Below are positions 1 through 9,434 of a DNA stretch of 64,000 nucleotides, one piece after another. Source of the DNA: Pseudomonas phage HPP-Temi. Where the stretch lies: sequence record PP968062.1; one strand, given 5' to 3'. The notes under the pieces are model-generated. The model saw only the letters and a list, made by a program, of their open reading frames with translations, was not told the DNA's origin and did no database searches. Within the stretch, counting starts at the first letter, position 1, and the number at the start of each line of letters is the position of its first letter. The position numbers and the translations under genes are program-made.

Positions 1-31
1 GAAAAACAAATGGGTAACACGTACAGTCCCA

Positions 32-2500
32 TTGGAAGCCATTGTTGGTAAGCGGTTATCGACTTGGACTGTGGCATTTGAGAATGATGCCGACCCTACC
101 CTTGCAAAAGAGTATCGTGGGCAACTGAGAAATGCACGGATCCTTAATGGAACAACTGTTGCTTTCGATGTCATGACAAACAGTCTTGTGGTTAACCCAA
201 CAACACCGCAGGATTGGATAGGTAGTTGGACTGTTACCCGTAAACGTTATCTCGGTCCAGGTAAAAACCTAAACTCTAGTCAGACATATTTTAAGAACTG
301 TCTTGACTTTATTGCTAACCCTGTAAAAGTTGCTAGTGGTAATAAAAACATTCTTGTCCTGGGTGATGCAACTACTGGTAGCTATGCACTGAAGACCGCG
401 TTCAATGAATACATTACTAAGGTTGCAGGCGCTGGTGGCTTTACATGTACTCTGAAAGATCAAACCGATTATGGTGGAACCCATTTAAATCCAACCTTAA
501 CGGAATTAAATAATTACGCAGGGATGGTATTTGTTGGTTCTTTAAGTGATCCGAATCAATCGGTTAACGGTAAGTTCACGCAAACTGCGATTCAGGATAT
601 TCTTACATATCGGAAAGCTGGCAATGGTATTTTCATATTCACCGACCATGGTCCAGCTGTTAACAGTATTGAAGAAGCATATCCGGTTCCAACTGCAACT
701 AACTGCTTCTTTGTTACTGCTAACCAGCTTTCTGTAAACTTCAACGCATATTTCAGTGGTTCTGTCAACAGATCAAATGTGAATGTTGGATTTATACGAT
801 CGACTCATGGGGATCATGTTCTTTATAATGATCTAACCGATGGCGATTTTATCGTAGCTGGTGATAGTGAATCGAGTGTAGTCGTTAAAGAAGTTGTTTT
901 CCAAAAGAAGGATCCAGTAACACTGACCCTCAACCCTGGAAAACATACTGTTAACTTCTTACTGAAGCTTACTAATGGCAATGTCGTTCCAATGACGTTT
1001 GTCTACTTGATCGGTGCCGGTAAGTACGTTATATTCCGGGATAACAAGGGAGTTGAAATTACACAACTACTCAATGACATTTCTGATATCGCTGATATCG
1101 TAGTTGAATTGGATGGAACAAGTGTTGGCTCCATGATGGCGGATATCTTCCGTGTAGACATAACTAAAGTAGATCCATTTAGAGATATTAAAGTAGGTAC
1201 TGTTATTTACGATCCGGCAACTGGAAGTCATCAAACAATCTATCCCGTTGATGGTATCTACGTTAACAACGCAGATCTCATTAAGGTACGTATCACTCAA
1301 CCGTTCACTTATGAAGCAACTCTTCCTGTGACTCGGTATCAACCTCCGATCGCTGGTAAATATAGTCGTGCCGAGAATACCCTTCCGTTAATGCCGCGAT
1401 ATAAGACGGGTGGTACCACTACAGAGCCAATCTACTCGGTTTCTCATATCCAAGTTCCACGGAAAATCATTGAAGAGATCCAAGTTGTTCGGCCTGTGTA
1501 CAACCTTACTTCAATCACACAGAGTGTAGCTGATCACTTCAAAAATATCATTGGTTACTTTGCTGGTGAGCTTCCTCGGAACGAAGGGCAAGCATTTGCC
1601 TATAAAACTGCTGCTGACACAAGTGCAGCGCTAGCTCGACTGTCTCCACCGACACCTAAGCAAATCTTCGATACATGGGATCGTTTCTATGCTGATGAAT
1701 ATTTCACTAAAGGTCAAGGTATCCCACCGTTCCTTCCCGATGGGACTACCCCTCATCCAGCGGGTCGTTGGTATTGGGACGATACGATCAAAGCTGCTGT
1801 AATGCCTGACAATACAAACTCCATTACTGGTTTCCTTTCAGATGAAGAACCAGAGCAATATACACTTGAAGTTACATGTCAATCTAACAATGGTGACGAC
1901 GACTTCTTGGGTGTGGTTCTGGCGTTTGTTAAAGAGGGCGATCAAAGCCATCATTTGACACTCGCATTGTCTCGTAGTAGCTCGAACGGAACTGGTCGAG
2001 GTAATGAAGCACAGAACATCATCTACGATTTGAGTATGGGTGCCAGGCAGAAGATCATTTCTGTTAACACTGGCGATTATTCTAATCAAGGTTGGAACGG
2101 TGCCTTCAAACGAGTTAAGATTATTAGGACTGGTGATATATTTAACATCAGTATCTCCAAATGGGGAATGACCGAATATGATCCAACTCTGTCCATGACA
2201 GTCGACCTGAACAGTGATCCACTATTGGCTAAGTTTAAAGGTCCTAAGAAATACGGTTACATGGCCTTCTCGCAACCGCAATCGTATTTCAAAGACATCG
2301 TTTATACTGGACTTCCACGTAACATTGTTTGCGATATGGGTTCCAATAAAGTGTATTCTTGGAATGGTACCGGTTGGGTACTAATGCAGAATACAACACC
2401 TAAAACGATTTACGGTGCCCCACGGGTAATCAGAAGTTTTGAGGACCCAACACAAGCTTGGAGAATTCCAGTTAATGGAATTCCAGTACCTGTGCCATAA
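32..2500 (+). CDS. large structural-like protein (822 aa as called); N-terminus probably lies upstream of the window
   Basis: Long ORF ending at TAA 2498-2500. The same frame is open back to nt 2, and TTG at 32 is only the first candidate start. A palindromic terminator hairpin follows the stop. No catalytic motifs recognised. Confidence 0.5.
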   Translation: MEAIVGKRLSTWTVAFENDADPTLAKEYRGQLRNARILNGTTVAFDVMTNSLVVNPTTPQDWIGSWTVTRKRYLGPGKNLNSSQTYFKNCLDFIANPVKVASGNKNILVLGDATTGSYALKTAFNEYITKVAGAGGFTCTLKDQTDYGGTHLNPTLTELNNYAGMVFVGSLSDPNQSVNGKFTQTAIQDILTYRKAGNGIFIFTDHGPAVNSIEEAYPVPTATNCFFVTANQLSVNFNAYFSGSVNRSNVNVGFIRSTHGDHVLYNDLTDGDFIVAGDSESSVVVKEVVFQKKDPVTLTLNPGKHTVNFLLKLTNGNVVPMTFVYLIGAGKYVIFRDNKGVEITQLLNDISDIADIVVELDGTSVGSMMADIFRVDITKVDPFRDIKVGTVIYDPATGSHQTIYPVDGIYVNNADLIKVRITQPFTYEATLPVTRYQPPIAGKYSRAENTLPLMPRYKTGGTTTEPIYSVSHIQVPRKIIEEIQVVRPVYNLTSITQSVADHFKNIIGYFAGELPRNEGQAFAYKTAADTSAALARLSPPTPKQIFDTWDRFYADEYFTKGQGIPPFLPDGTTPHPAGRWYWDDTIKAAVMPDNTNSITGFLSDEEPEQYTLEVTCQSNNGDDDFLGVVLAFVKEGDQSHHLTLALSRSSSNGTGRGNEAQNIIYDLSMGARQKIISVNTGDYSNQGWNGAFKRVKIIRTGDIFNISISKWGMTEYDPTLSMTVDLNSDPLLAKFKGPKKYGYMAFSQPQSYFKDIVYTGLPRNIVCDMGSNKVYSWNGTGWVLMQNTTPKTIYGAPRVIRSFEDPTQAWRIPVNGIPVPVP

Positions 2501-2503
2501 CGG

Positions 2504-2534
2504 CATAAATGCCTCCCTTCGGGGAGGCTTTATG
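2504..2534. terminator. palindromic GC hairpin terminator of the CATAAA...TTTATG family
   Basis: Stem gcctccc/gggaggc with loop ttcg, flanked by cataaat and ctttatg. Lies between convergent gene ends 2500(+) and 2538(-). Confidence 0.6.
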
Positions 2535-2537
2535 TTG

Positions 2538-3233
2538 TCAACCCTTACTAACACCCCAGATGCGTTTACGCTGATCCAGAAGCAGGAATGCATTCTGTGT
2601 AAGGACCAGATGGAAACGACGCTTACGGAGAGAAGTAGCGATGGTTTCTACCACACCTTCAAAGTCAAGGTTGGTGTCAATAGCAGCTTGTTCGGTTTTA
2701 GCTTTACGGCGGTCAGATTCACGATAACGACACTTCCAAGAAGTAGTCGCAATCTCTGTACCACGTTTCACTTTAACCTGAGAACGATAGAACACTTCCA
2801 GTAGTTTAACCGCGAGTTGTTCAACGTCTTCAAGACGATCATCTGCATTGGATAGAGTCACACAAGAACTAGCCATGTGTTCATGTGTGTCTACGCTGTC
2901 GTTCAGGGCACGCATTGTAGGATCGAAGTCCAGTCGCTTAATGACGATGTTAATAGTGTCACCATCGCGACGGATCTCAATACAGCGAATGAAATCGAAC
3001 ATGTCGAATTCTTTTTCCAGGTTACGCATCAGTACAGCTAGTTGTTCAAGCGATTCTACGTCATCTGTCCCAGAGTGCTTAGTGAAAGCAAAAGTTAGAT
3101 CCGATAGAATTGTCTGTGGATAACTTGTGGAGATCAGAAGACGTAACAGAGATTCGCCTCGGCATTTACGACCGGGTTTACCCGTCATCTGTTCAAGTAC
3201 GGTTGTCATTTCTATTTGTCCAAATGGTTTCAT
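2538..3233 (-). CDS. hypothetical protein (231 aa)
   Basis: ORF packed between the terminator and the downstream exonuclease gene. Its ATGA overlaps the next gene. Confidence 0.45.
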   Translation of the reverse strand: MKPFGQIEMTTVLEQMTGKPGRKCRGESLLRLLISTSYPQTILSDLTFAFTKHSGTDDVESLEQLAVLMRNLEKEFDMFDFIRCIEIRRDGDTINIVIKRLDFDPTMRALNDSVDTHEHMASSCVTLSNADDRLEDVEQLAVKLLEVFYRSQVKVKRGTEIATTSWKCRYRESDRRKAKTEQAAIDTNLDFEGVVETIATSLRKRRFHLVLTQNAFLLLDQRKRIWGVSKG

Positions 3234-3661
3234 GTATAGCCATTCTTCTTAAGCCAGTCCTCACGGGTCGCTCTGGCATCGAATAGCGCATTGTGCAAAA
3301 GTTTAGACCCTTTGCCACTGAGATTGTCATCAATATCGAAGGTCAGTGGTTGAATCATAATCCATTTACCTTTCTCCCCAAGCAGGGCTTTATTAAAGTA
3401 AATGACATCGTTAGGATGGTTTACGATTATGTTCATGCCAGCGAACTGAGATACGAATTTCTCAAGGCGAGTCTGGAATTCTTCAAAGCTGATTGGATCC
3501 TTTTGAAGAATAGGAATGACGTTTGCCTTTACCCAGTCGTCTTGAATATGCTTATGTTCGAGTACCTCATAGAACTCACGGTTGCCATCCTCAGATACAA
3601 TGGCAAGTGAGATCAAACTGTCTGTAGGTACGTCAAATTCTGCATCACAGAAGAAGTTCAT
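3230..3661 (-). CDS. DEDDh-type 3'-5' exonuclease (DnaQ/oligoribonuclease-like), 143 aa
   Basis: Exo I-like motif FCDAEFD at the N-terminus and Exo III-like motif HNALFDARAT near the C-terminus. Confidence 0.6.
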   Translation of the reverse strand: MNFFCDAEFDVPTDSLISLAIVSEDGNREFYEVLEHKHIQDDWVKANVIPILQKDPISFEEFQTRLEKFVSQFAGMNIIVNHPNDVIYFNKALLGEKGKWIMIQPLTFDIDDNLSGKGSKLLHNALFDARATREDWLKKNGYT

Positions 3662-3712
3662 AGGGAGTGAGCCTTTACGATAAGGAAGTCATAAGAATAA
3701 GGGATTTCACGA

Positions 3713-3745
3713 AATAAAAGGAGCCCGAAGGCTCCAGTTATTTTG
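3713..3745. terminator. hairpin terminator
   Basis: Stem ggagcc/ggctcc with loop cgaa, between tandem minus-strand genes. A U-rich stretch (agttattttg) follows on the plus side. Confidence 0.5.
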
Positions 3746-4226
3746 ATAAACCACGGATATTGCGAAGGATCTGACAACTAGCAATAATCTTACCACGAGA
3801 TACCTTAGAATGATATCCCTGAGATTCCAGATACTTCTTCGGATTCTCTTCTGCAAGGGCTTGCTCTAGAATGAATGTATCAATACCGTAATTAGCTAAT
3901 ACGAACTGTGCCACCTCATGATCCCACCGCTTAGCTACAGTGGAACTAGCCTTTAGATAAACCTGAGCCAGTTGCTCAGAATAACCTAAAGCTACTAACC
4001 ACGCAATTCGACCAGCAGCATAAATAAGTCTAGTGCGTGTATTCGATGGAACTGCTACGATATACCCTGTACCAGGGGATCTTTGTTCTTCTATTGTCCT
4101 GATGTTCCAGTCATCGATCATACGAGGAATCTGCGAGAGATCATCCCCTTTACCGAAGTAACCAATAGAGAATCCCTTGGCAACTTGAACGTCAATTTCA
4201 GCAGCAGTATTTTGACTAATAACCAT
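3738..4226 (-). CDS. hypothetical protein (162 aa)
   Basis: ORF in the minus-strand operon. No recognisable motifs. Confidence 0.45.
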   Translation of the reverse strand: MVISQNTAAEIDVQVAKGFSIGYFGKGDDLSQIPRMIDDWNIRTIEEQRSPGTGYIVAVPSNTRTRLIYAAGRIAWLVALGYSEQLAQVYLKASSTVAKRWDHEVAQFVLANYGIDTFILEQALAEENPKKYLESQGYHSKVSRGKIIASCQILRNIRGLSK

Positions 4227-4331
4227 CTTCCCCTCCTATAGGGGCTACGGTCTCTTCCACAACTCGAAAGCATATATCCTTATACTTTCATGAGATAAGG
4301 CATAAAGCCCGCCCTAAGGCGAGCTCTGTGC

Positions 4332-4694
4332 TTATTCAACGATCTGTTGCAGGAAGTCAAATTGGTAAGCCAAGAGGATTACCCAAAGTACCTTACACCC
4401 GATATGAATCCATTGGTCAGTATGGAATCCAATCTTACCCGCGCATTTCAGATAATCTGTAATACTGTGGGCAATTGTTTCAGCCGCACCTAGAACAAAA
4501 CTACCCGTGACTACGTATACCCAGCCACCATGGATTAAACCATGTGCAGGCAGAACGTAGGGCCAGTAGGTCTTACCTAGTTCAGTAGTGTGGTTCTTTG
4601 CAGCAGCCATGAAATCATTCTGTAATGCGTAATCGCAAACAGCATGACCGACGAGCAAAATGAAGAGCAGTTCTATAAGGGAGAGTATTTCCAT
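4332..4694 (-). CDS. small membrane protein (120 aa, about 3 hydrophobic segments)
   Basis: Hydrophobic stretches ILSLIELLFILLVGHAV, VYVVTGSFVLGAAETIAH and VLWVILLAYQF. Confidence 0.45.
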   Translation of the reverse strand: MEILSLIELLFILLVGHAVCDYALQNDFMAAAKNHTTELGKTYWPYVLPAHGLIHGGWVYVVTGSFVLGAAETIAHSITDYLKCAGKIGFHTDQWIHIGCKVLWVILLAYQFDFLQQIVE

Positions 4695-4760
4695 GGCGTT
4701 GTTCCGGGCGGTGGGTATGGGGCTTGTAGACTTCGCTACATATTGTTACAACTTAAGTAT

Positions 4761-5243
4761 TTAACTACGACGAACGTTGAAACCAGAGATATTTTGGCGA
4801 CGACCTTGACGACGTTTTTCAAAAGTTCGCATGGTTTGAATACCAGAGATAGTGGGTTCTGGTGATAACAGATCATGTACCAAACGACCTAGTAATTCTT
4901 TCTGCTCAGGAATGAATTCGAAGTGTTCATCTGGCGGTAACCCTTGCCGGGAACCTTCTAGCCAAGCACGATCGATTGGATGGGTAATGCCATTCAAACT
5001 ACCAAACTCTAGGAAAGGAATATCGGATGCATTAGCATTAAACTCAGCCGCCAACTGACATGCTTTGCTATGTGCGACGTATAACTTTACATCAGCTTCC
5101 CATTCCGTCATTTCACTCATGTGCCGAACTACAACTTCAACACCGAGATCCTTCAGGAAAGAAGTAACCTCAGCGTAATACTTTTCAGATAGCTCGACTT
5201 TACCAAACTTAGGGCTACCTTTGATGATGACTACTTTAACCAT
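4761..5243 (-). CDS. hypothetical protein (160 aa)
   Basis: ORF only. The N-terminus VKVVIIKGSPKF is not diagnostic. Confidence 0.4.
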   Translation of the reverse strand: MVKVVIIKGSPKFGKVELSEKYYAEVTSFLKDLGVEVVVRHMSEMTEWEADVKLYVAHSKACQLAAEFNANASDIPFLEFGSLNGITHPIDRAWLEGSRQGLPPDEHFEFIPEQKELLGRLVHDLLSPEPTISGIQTMRTFEKRRQGRRQNISGFNVRRS

Positions 5244-5303
5244 GATAGTGTCTCGAATGCTGGATTATAGGATTGAGAGCAAAAAAAAAAGAAAGAAGAG
5301 CAC

Positions 5304-5329
5304 GGAGTCCCCAAAGGGACTCCATTATG
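5304..5329 (-). terminator. rho-independent terminator (hairpin plus U-run) after the secreted-protein gene
   Basis: Stem ggagtccc/gggactcc with loop caaa. On the minus strand it is followed by T-run ttctttcttttttttttt (plus-strand A-run 5281-5303). Confidence 0.7.
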
Positions 5330-5332
5330 TCG

Positions 5333-6052
5333 TCATTTGATCCCATCGTAAATATCACGACGAGCTGGATTAATACCGGCAACTTGAGACTTCCGGTTAT
5401 CGATGTAACACAGGTAGTCATCACAGGTGGCAGTCTTGACGAAAGGAATCAGCTGAGCGAGTTCCAGCAGGGTCCATTCTTTACCGAGATAACTGCAACG
5501 CTCCATCTCTACGTTGCAATACACATTGTAAAGGGTCTCAGTAAAACGCAGATCAAGAGTTTCACCATCCGCCTTCTTATCGTTGTATTGGGAAGGCATC
5601 AGATCACGGATAGGGAACTCATGTTTCAGAGAACCATTACCATACTTAATAGCAGTGAACGTATTCTCAATCATGGTTAGGTAATAACCACGAGGTAGAC
5701 CCCAGTAGGTAGTACCCACATGACCACGTACAATCCCAACGAGTTGACCATAGGTATCATGACAGTATTCGTTAATGCAGATGGCTTCTACATTACCGTT
5801 AGTTGGGTAGCTATAAACCTCGGTCGGTTTAGAGCGCTTGGCGACCACTACAGTGATTTCTTCAGGCCAAGTCTTCCAGCCGCACACTCCATGGCGAGAA
5901 TCGTTGTCAAAGAAGCACGGTGCAACTTGTGGGGTAAAAGTGGAATAGAACAACGGAGTCTGTGCATAGATCAGTGGTTCTTTTATATCTTGAGCCAGTG
6001 CAGGGAAAGCAATAGCCAGTAGAGCGAGTACAGCAACCTTGATAAAGCGCAT
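5333..6052 (-). CDS. secreted/periplasmic cysteine-rich protein with N-terminal signal peptide (about 239 aa)
   Basis: Start moved to ATG at 6052 (MRFIKVAVLALLAIAFPALA-QD), preceded by AAGAGGA 7 nt upstream. At least 10 Cys in the mature part. Product class inferred from the signal peptide only. Confidence 0.55.
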   Translation of the reverse strand: MRFIKVAVLALLAIAFPALAQDIKEPLIYAQTPLFYSTFTPQVAPCFFDNDSRHGVCGWKTWPEEITVVVAKRSKPTEVYSYPTNGNVEAICINEYCHDTYGQLVGIVRGHVGTTYWGLPRGYYLTMIENTFTAIKYGNGSLKHEFPIRDLMPSQYNDKKADGETLDLRFTETLYNVYCNVEMERCSYLGKEWTLLELAQLIPFVKTATCDDYLCYIDNRKSQVAGINPARRDIYDGIK

Positions 6053-6072
6053 TTGAAATATCCTCTTAGATG

Positions 6073-6100
6073 ACATAAAGGGTTCCCGAAGGAACCCCTT
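6073..6100. terminator. hairpin terminator of the CATAAAG family
   Basis: gacataaa-gggttcc-cgaa-ggaaccc, between gene end 6112 and the next gene start. Confidence 0.5.
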
Positions 6101-6111
6101 ACGTTTACGAC

Positions 6112-6333
6112 TTAAGGAGCGAGTTGATAGTACTTACCAAACTCAGCACGAGGTAGGGAGAAACCATCTTGACGGTCACCCATGCGTTTCAGATAGACTT
6201 TGTTGGTCTTGACCTTATCCAACGTAACAGCGGTAGTGATACCGTTGCGTTTCACAATAAACGTACGACCGATGTAGTCAGCCAGAGTATCGTCGATTTC
6301 CGATGCTTGGATGTAGCGTTTCTCAGACATCAT
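6112..6333 (-). CDS. small hypothetical protein (73 aa)
   Basis: ATG at 6333 preceded by AAGGAAA. Sits directly downstream of the thymidylate kinase gene. Confidence 0.5.
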   Translation of the reverse strand: MMSEKRYIQASEIDDTLADYIGRTFIVKRNGITTAVTLDKVKTNKVYLKRMGDRQDGFSLPRAEFGKYYQLAP

Positions 6334-6340
6334 GTTTCCT

Positions 6341-7411
6341 TTATTCGTCGACAGCCGGAGTTTCAGGTTCTACCGGTTCATCTTTGTTGATCAGATCTTT
6401 CCAATCTTGCAGCCGTTCATGGAAGTGGAACAGCGAATGGATTTCGCGGTTCAGCTCACCAACACGCGCCGGATGGAAGATAGTCTCGTCATTGGTCTTT
6501 TCGAAGATCTTACGTACAATCTTCTTGGCCAGGTCTTTGTAATACGGCAGGAGTTCTTCTCGACCCAAAATCACCTCTTTGATAATTTGGGTTTCAGCGT
6601 ATTGCTCCAGTGCCACTTCCAGATCAAAGGCAGCCGGTTCAACAGGTTCTTCGTCAACAGAAGATTGTTGTACAGCATCGCCGCTTTCATCGTGCTCTTC
6701 CCCAGGGATAGTTTCCGGAGGAAGATGGCCGCTGTCCTCGGCTTTCTCTTCAAGTACATCTTTAGCTCGCAGAGCTTCGTGGGCTTGAACAGTATCAATG
6801 ATGAATTGAACTTGTTCATCAATGGGAGCCGCGCCGTCAATTACCTTAGTCGAAGGACTAAACTTAATCTGAGCGTATGCGTTGTTAACACGAGTTTGGT
6901 AAACTTCGTCAGCTTCATAACGATCCAGAGAACGACCACTGTTAACCATACGTTCTTTCCGTACTTCCTCAGGAGTTTCCAGATAGAAGCACAGCGGTTC
7001 AGGAACACCATCACCGATAACATGCGGCATTATACCCATGAACAGATCTGCCAGATTCGGATTGGTGTCCAGATAAGGAGCTACGTTCAAGCACCAAGTA
7101 GAGAAAACAAAGCGATCAGATACAACCCATTTACCTTCATTCAGAGATGGCTTGACGATATTCTGGATATTCTGTCGGCGATATGCCATATGCAGGAAAA
7201 TATCTGAAACTGGGTCAATCTTTTCTTCACGATGTTTCAATAGAACAGTGCGAATCTCTTCAGCCATTTCCGTTCCACCCGGTTCACGAAGAGCCACGTG
7301 GTCGATACCATCAGCTTTGAGTCGTTCAATAAGAGCACGATGCAGAGTGGATTTACCAGAGAACTCGGGGCCTTCCAGTACGATGAAATTGCGGCTAGCG
7401 GTTTGGGACAT
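6341..7411 (-). CDS. tmk: thymidylate kinase (dTMP kinase) with an acidic, helical C-terminal extension of about 140 aa
   Basis: P-loop IVLEGPEFSGKST close to the N-terminus. Start placed at ATG 7411 (MSQTASRNF), preceded by AGGAAACAAA. A bacterial Tmk is about 210 aa; this ORF is 356 aa. Confidence 0.75.
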   Translation of the reverse strand: MSQTASRNFIVLEGPEFSGKSTLHRALIERLKADGIDHVALREPGGTEMAEEIRTVLLKHREEKIDPVSDIFLHMAYRRQNIQNIVKPSLNEGKWVVSDRFVFSTWCLNVAPYLDTNPNLADLFMGIMPHVIGDGVPEPLCFYLETPEEVRKERMVNSGRSLDRYEADEVYQTRVNNAYAQIKFSPSTKVIDGAAPIDEQVQFIIDTVQAHEALRAKDVLEEKAEDSGHLPPETIPGEEHDESGDAVQQSSVDEEPVEPAAFDLEVALEQYAETQIIKEVILGREELLPYYKDLAKKIVRKIFEKTNDETIFHPARVGELNREIHSLFHFHERLQDWKDLINKDEPVEPETPAVDE

Positions 7412-7451
7412 TTTGTTTCCTGTATTTACACAAAAATGAATTGGAAAGAGT

Positions 7452-7469
7452 GGGGCTCCGTAGAGCCCC
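7452..7469. terminator. hairpin
   Basis: Stem ggggctc/gagcccc with loop cgta, between gene end 7476 and the tmk start. Confidence 0.4.
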
Positions 7470-7475
7470 AATCGA

Positions 7476-7895
7476 TCAGGTATTTACTTCTTCGAACAGC
7501 TGGTTGATATGAGCGCACACACGCTTCATCTCAGCCGAGTTGGTCTTGGTTGCAACAGTAACGACAGTGTGGTCTTTACCTTCACGACTGAAGATGCCAG
7601 CCACCGTGGAATTGGTGGTACCCATGTTGTAGTTAAAGCCGATCTCAGAAAGATCCGGATTTTCCTTCATGCGAGTTGCAGCTTGTTCACCAGCAACCAG
7701 GGTAACGCCTGCCAGGAGTTCACCCTCCAGACGTTCTTTCTTCTTCAGCTGATCAAGGCTGATACCAGCGCCACCCAGGACAACCGACTCGTAGAGATCC
7801 GAGGGGATGTCGAAGGTATTGGCTTCACCGAGAATCACCTTCTCGCGGAGTTTGTGTTCTTCGATGAATGCAAAGCTCTTCAGATCTTTAGACAT
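7476..7895 (-). CDS. hypothetical protein (139 aa)
   Basis: ATG at 7895 preceded by AAGGAAA with an 8-nt spacer. Confidence 0.5.
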   Translation of the reverse strand: MSKDLKSFAFIEEHKLREKVILGEANTFDIPSDLYESVVLGGAGISLDQLKKKERLEGELLAGVTLVAGEQAATRMKENPDLSEIGFNYNMGTTNSTVAGIFSREGKDHTVVTVATKTNSAEMKRVCAHINQLFEEVNT

Positions 7896-7954
7896 GTGAG
7901 TATTTCCTTGTGAAAGTTTGATGTGTTGGTTTTGAGGGGTGGTTCAAATACAAC

Positions 7955-8155
7955 CTACTCTACTGTAAATTCCTTACGGTCATGAGAGGCTGTAAGAGAA
8001 GCCATTGTATTACGCTCATCGAAGATACGCCTGGACATCGCGACCAGTTCTCCAAGTCGAGGTAGAGGCATCATACGCATGTCCGATTCATCGAACTTCG
8101 CGCCGCCTCCAAGACAGGGAGTTTCCCAACAACAGGAGCAATCAGAGAGAGCCAT
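7955..8155 (-). CDS. small Cys-rich protein (66 aa; CSCCWETPC), possible zinc ribbon
   Basis: ATG at 8155 preceded by AAGGAA. Fills the gap between neighbouring genes. Confidence 0.4.
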   Translation of the reverse strand: MALSDCSCCWETPCLGGGAKFDESDMRMMPLPRLGELVAMSRRIFDERNTMASLTASHDRKEFTVE

Positions 8156-8164
8156 AACGATTCC

Positions 8165-8659
8165 TTAGACCATACGTGCCGGAATACCGAAACGAGTAAT
8201 CAACCTGACCGGTTGATCGATGTCTTCCACTACATGTACATCCACGCTGACGTAACCGTCGTATTGCAGACGTTCATAAACGCTCTGGGTGATCAACGGC
8301 CAGAACTTCTTATCGGCTCCGAACAGAGTCTCGATATGGAAGGTCAGCCGGCCATTATTACCAGTTGCCCAGTTTTCGGGTTCGGCCATTGCACGACCGA
8401 TCTTACCCATGATGCCTTCAAGCATATTGTAGAAACATGGAACAGTTGCGCGGAGCAGACGAGTGGCGGTAGACGAATGGCATAAGCCGTGAATACCTTC
8501 TTCGATGTGTTCCACTTTGGCTTTGCCTCCTGTACCAACGGCATAGTCTATCTGTTCTTGCAGAGTGTCACCGAGAGTAGTATGTACATGCATGTTGCCT
8601 TCGGAATCACTGACCACGTAAGTATAAGGTTTATTGTGGTCGATATTCTGTTCTTTCAT
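8165..8659 (-). CDS. hypothetical protein (164 aa)
   Basis: ORF with an AT-rich upstream region. Tested against GTP cyclohydrolase I, QueD and QueF motifs without a match. Confidence 0.5.
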   Translation of the reverse strand: MKEQNIDHNKPYTYVVSDSEGNMHVHTTLGDTLQEQIDYAVGTGGKAKVEHIEEGIHGLCHSSTATRLLRATVPCFYNMLEGIMGKIGRAMAEPENWATGNNGRLTFHIETLFGADKKFWPLITQSVYERLQYDGYVSVDVHVVEDIDQPVRLITRFGIPARMV

Positions 8660-8812
8660 TTTTTACTGCCTTCTATTAAAAGGAATTAACTTGTCATTTA
8701 CGATATCATTCTCGCGAATGGATAGATTGTTAGCTGTTACATGATGATACCCTCAAGATATTAATCTCTAATGCATAACTGTGATATAGATTTCAAATTA
8801 TTTTTAATGGAA

Positions 8813-8842
8813 CATAAAGCCTCCCCGAAGGGAGGCATTTAT
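8813..8842. terminator. palindromic hairpin terminator (CATAAAG family)
   Basis: cataaa-gcctccc-cgaa-gggaggc-atttat, immediately after gene end 8844. Confidence 0.6.
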
Positions 8843-8843
8843 A

Positions 8844-9425
8844 TTAGTTACCTTCGTAGGTGCCTTCAGTGCCTTGTTCTTGGCGACGAGCCAGGCGAGC
8901 ACGAATCACTTCACGAGCAGCCTTCATGTGGAACAGAGCCTTCTCGTTTTCTTCACAGGCGAACTTACCTTCTTGGAAACCTTCGAACACGATGATCGAA
9001 GCAGTCAGCAGGTCTTCGACAGTTACGCCGTTAACGCCAACTTCCGGGATCACACCATTCTGAAGCAGGATTACCAGTTCCAGTTTATTATCACCCGGTT
9101 CAGCAGCTTTGTTGCTAGCTGCATCGAAACCAGAGATCACGATACGCTTAGGAGCACCAGACAGTTCATCAATGCCGTAAGCATCGATAGTCTTGCCACC
9201 GGAGCTACCCGATACCTGACCATCTTCCATTTGTTCAACGGAGATGTCGATAGTGGTGCTTACACCAACGCCATCGGGTTGCGATTCAGCATTAGCATTG
9301 TCTACATCCAGATTGCCTTGGTCGAGGTCTTTAACCTCGGTTTCAGATTCAACCTTAGTGACGTCTACCGGTTGGGCAACGCCGTCCTGGCTCTCTACAC
9401 CGAGAGCCCATTCCAGACCTTTCAT
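8844..9425 (-). CDS. acidic hypothetical virion-associated protein (about 193 aa)
   Basis: ATG at 9425 preceded by AAGGTGA. Confidence 0.5.
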   Translation of the reverse strand: MKGLEWALGVESQDGVAQPVDVTKVESETEVKDLDQGNLDVDNANAESQPDGVGVSTTIDISVEQMEDGQVSGSSGGKTIDAYGIDELSGAPKRIVISGFDAASNKAAEPGDNKLELVILLQNGVIPEVGVNGVTVEDLLTASIIVFEGFQEGKFACEENEKALFHMKAAREVIRARLARRQEQGTEGTYEGN

Positions 9426-9434
9426 CAATTCACC

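Noticed and set aside
6332-7207. 291-aa plus-strand ORF antisense to the thymidylate kinase gene.
   Set aside because: It completely overlaps a gene with a clear P-loop and SD. Its composition is odd and it has no SD.
8165-8659. Possible GTP cyclohydrolase I, QueD or QueF for 7-deazaguanine modification.
   Set aside because: A GLCHSS string prompted the idea, but the CEHH (FolE), CxxxHGH (QueD) and QueF motifs are all absent. I left it as hypothetical.
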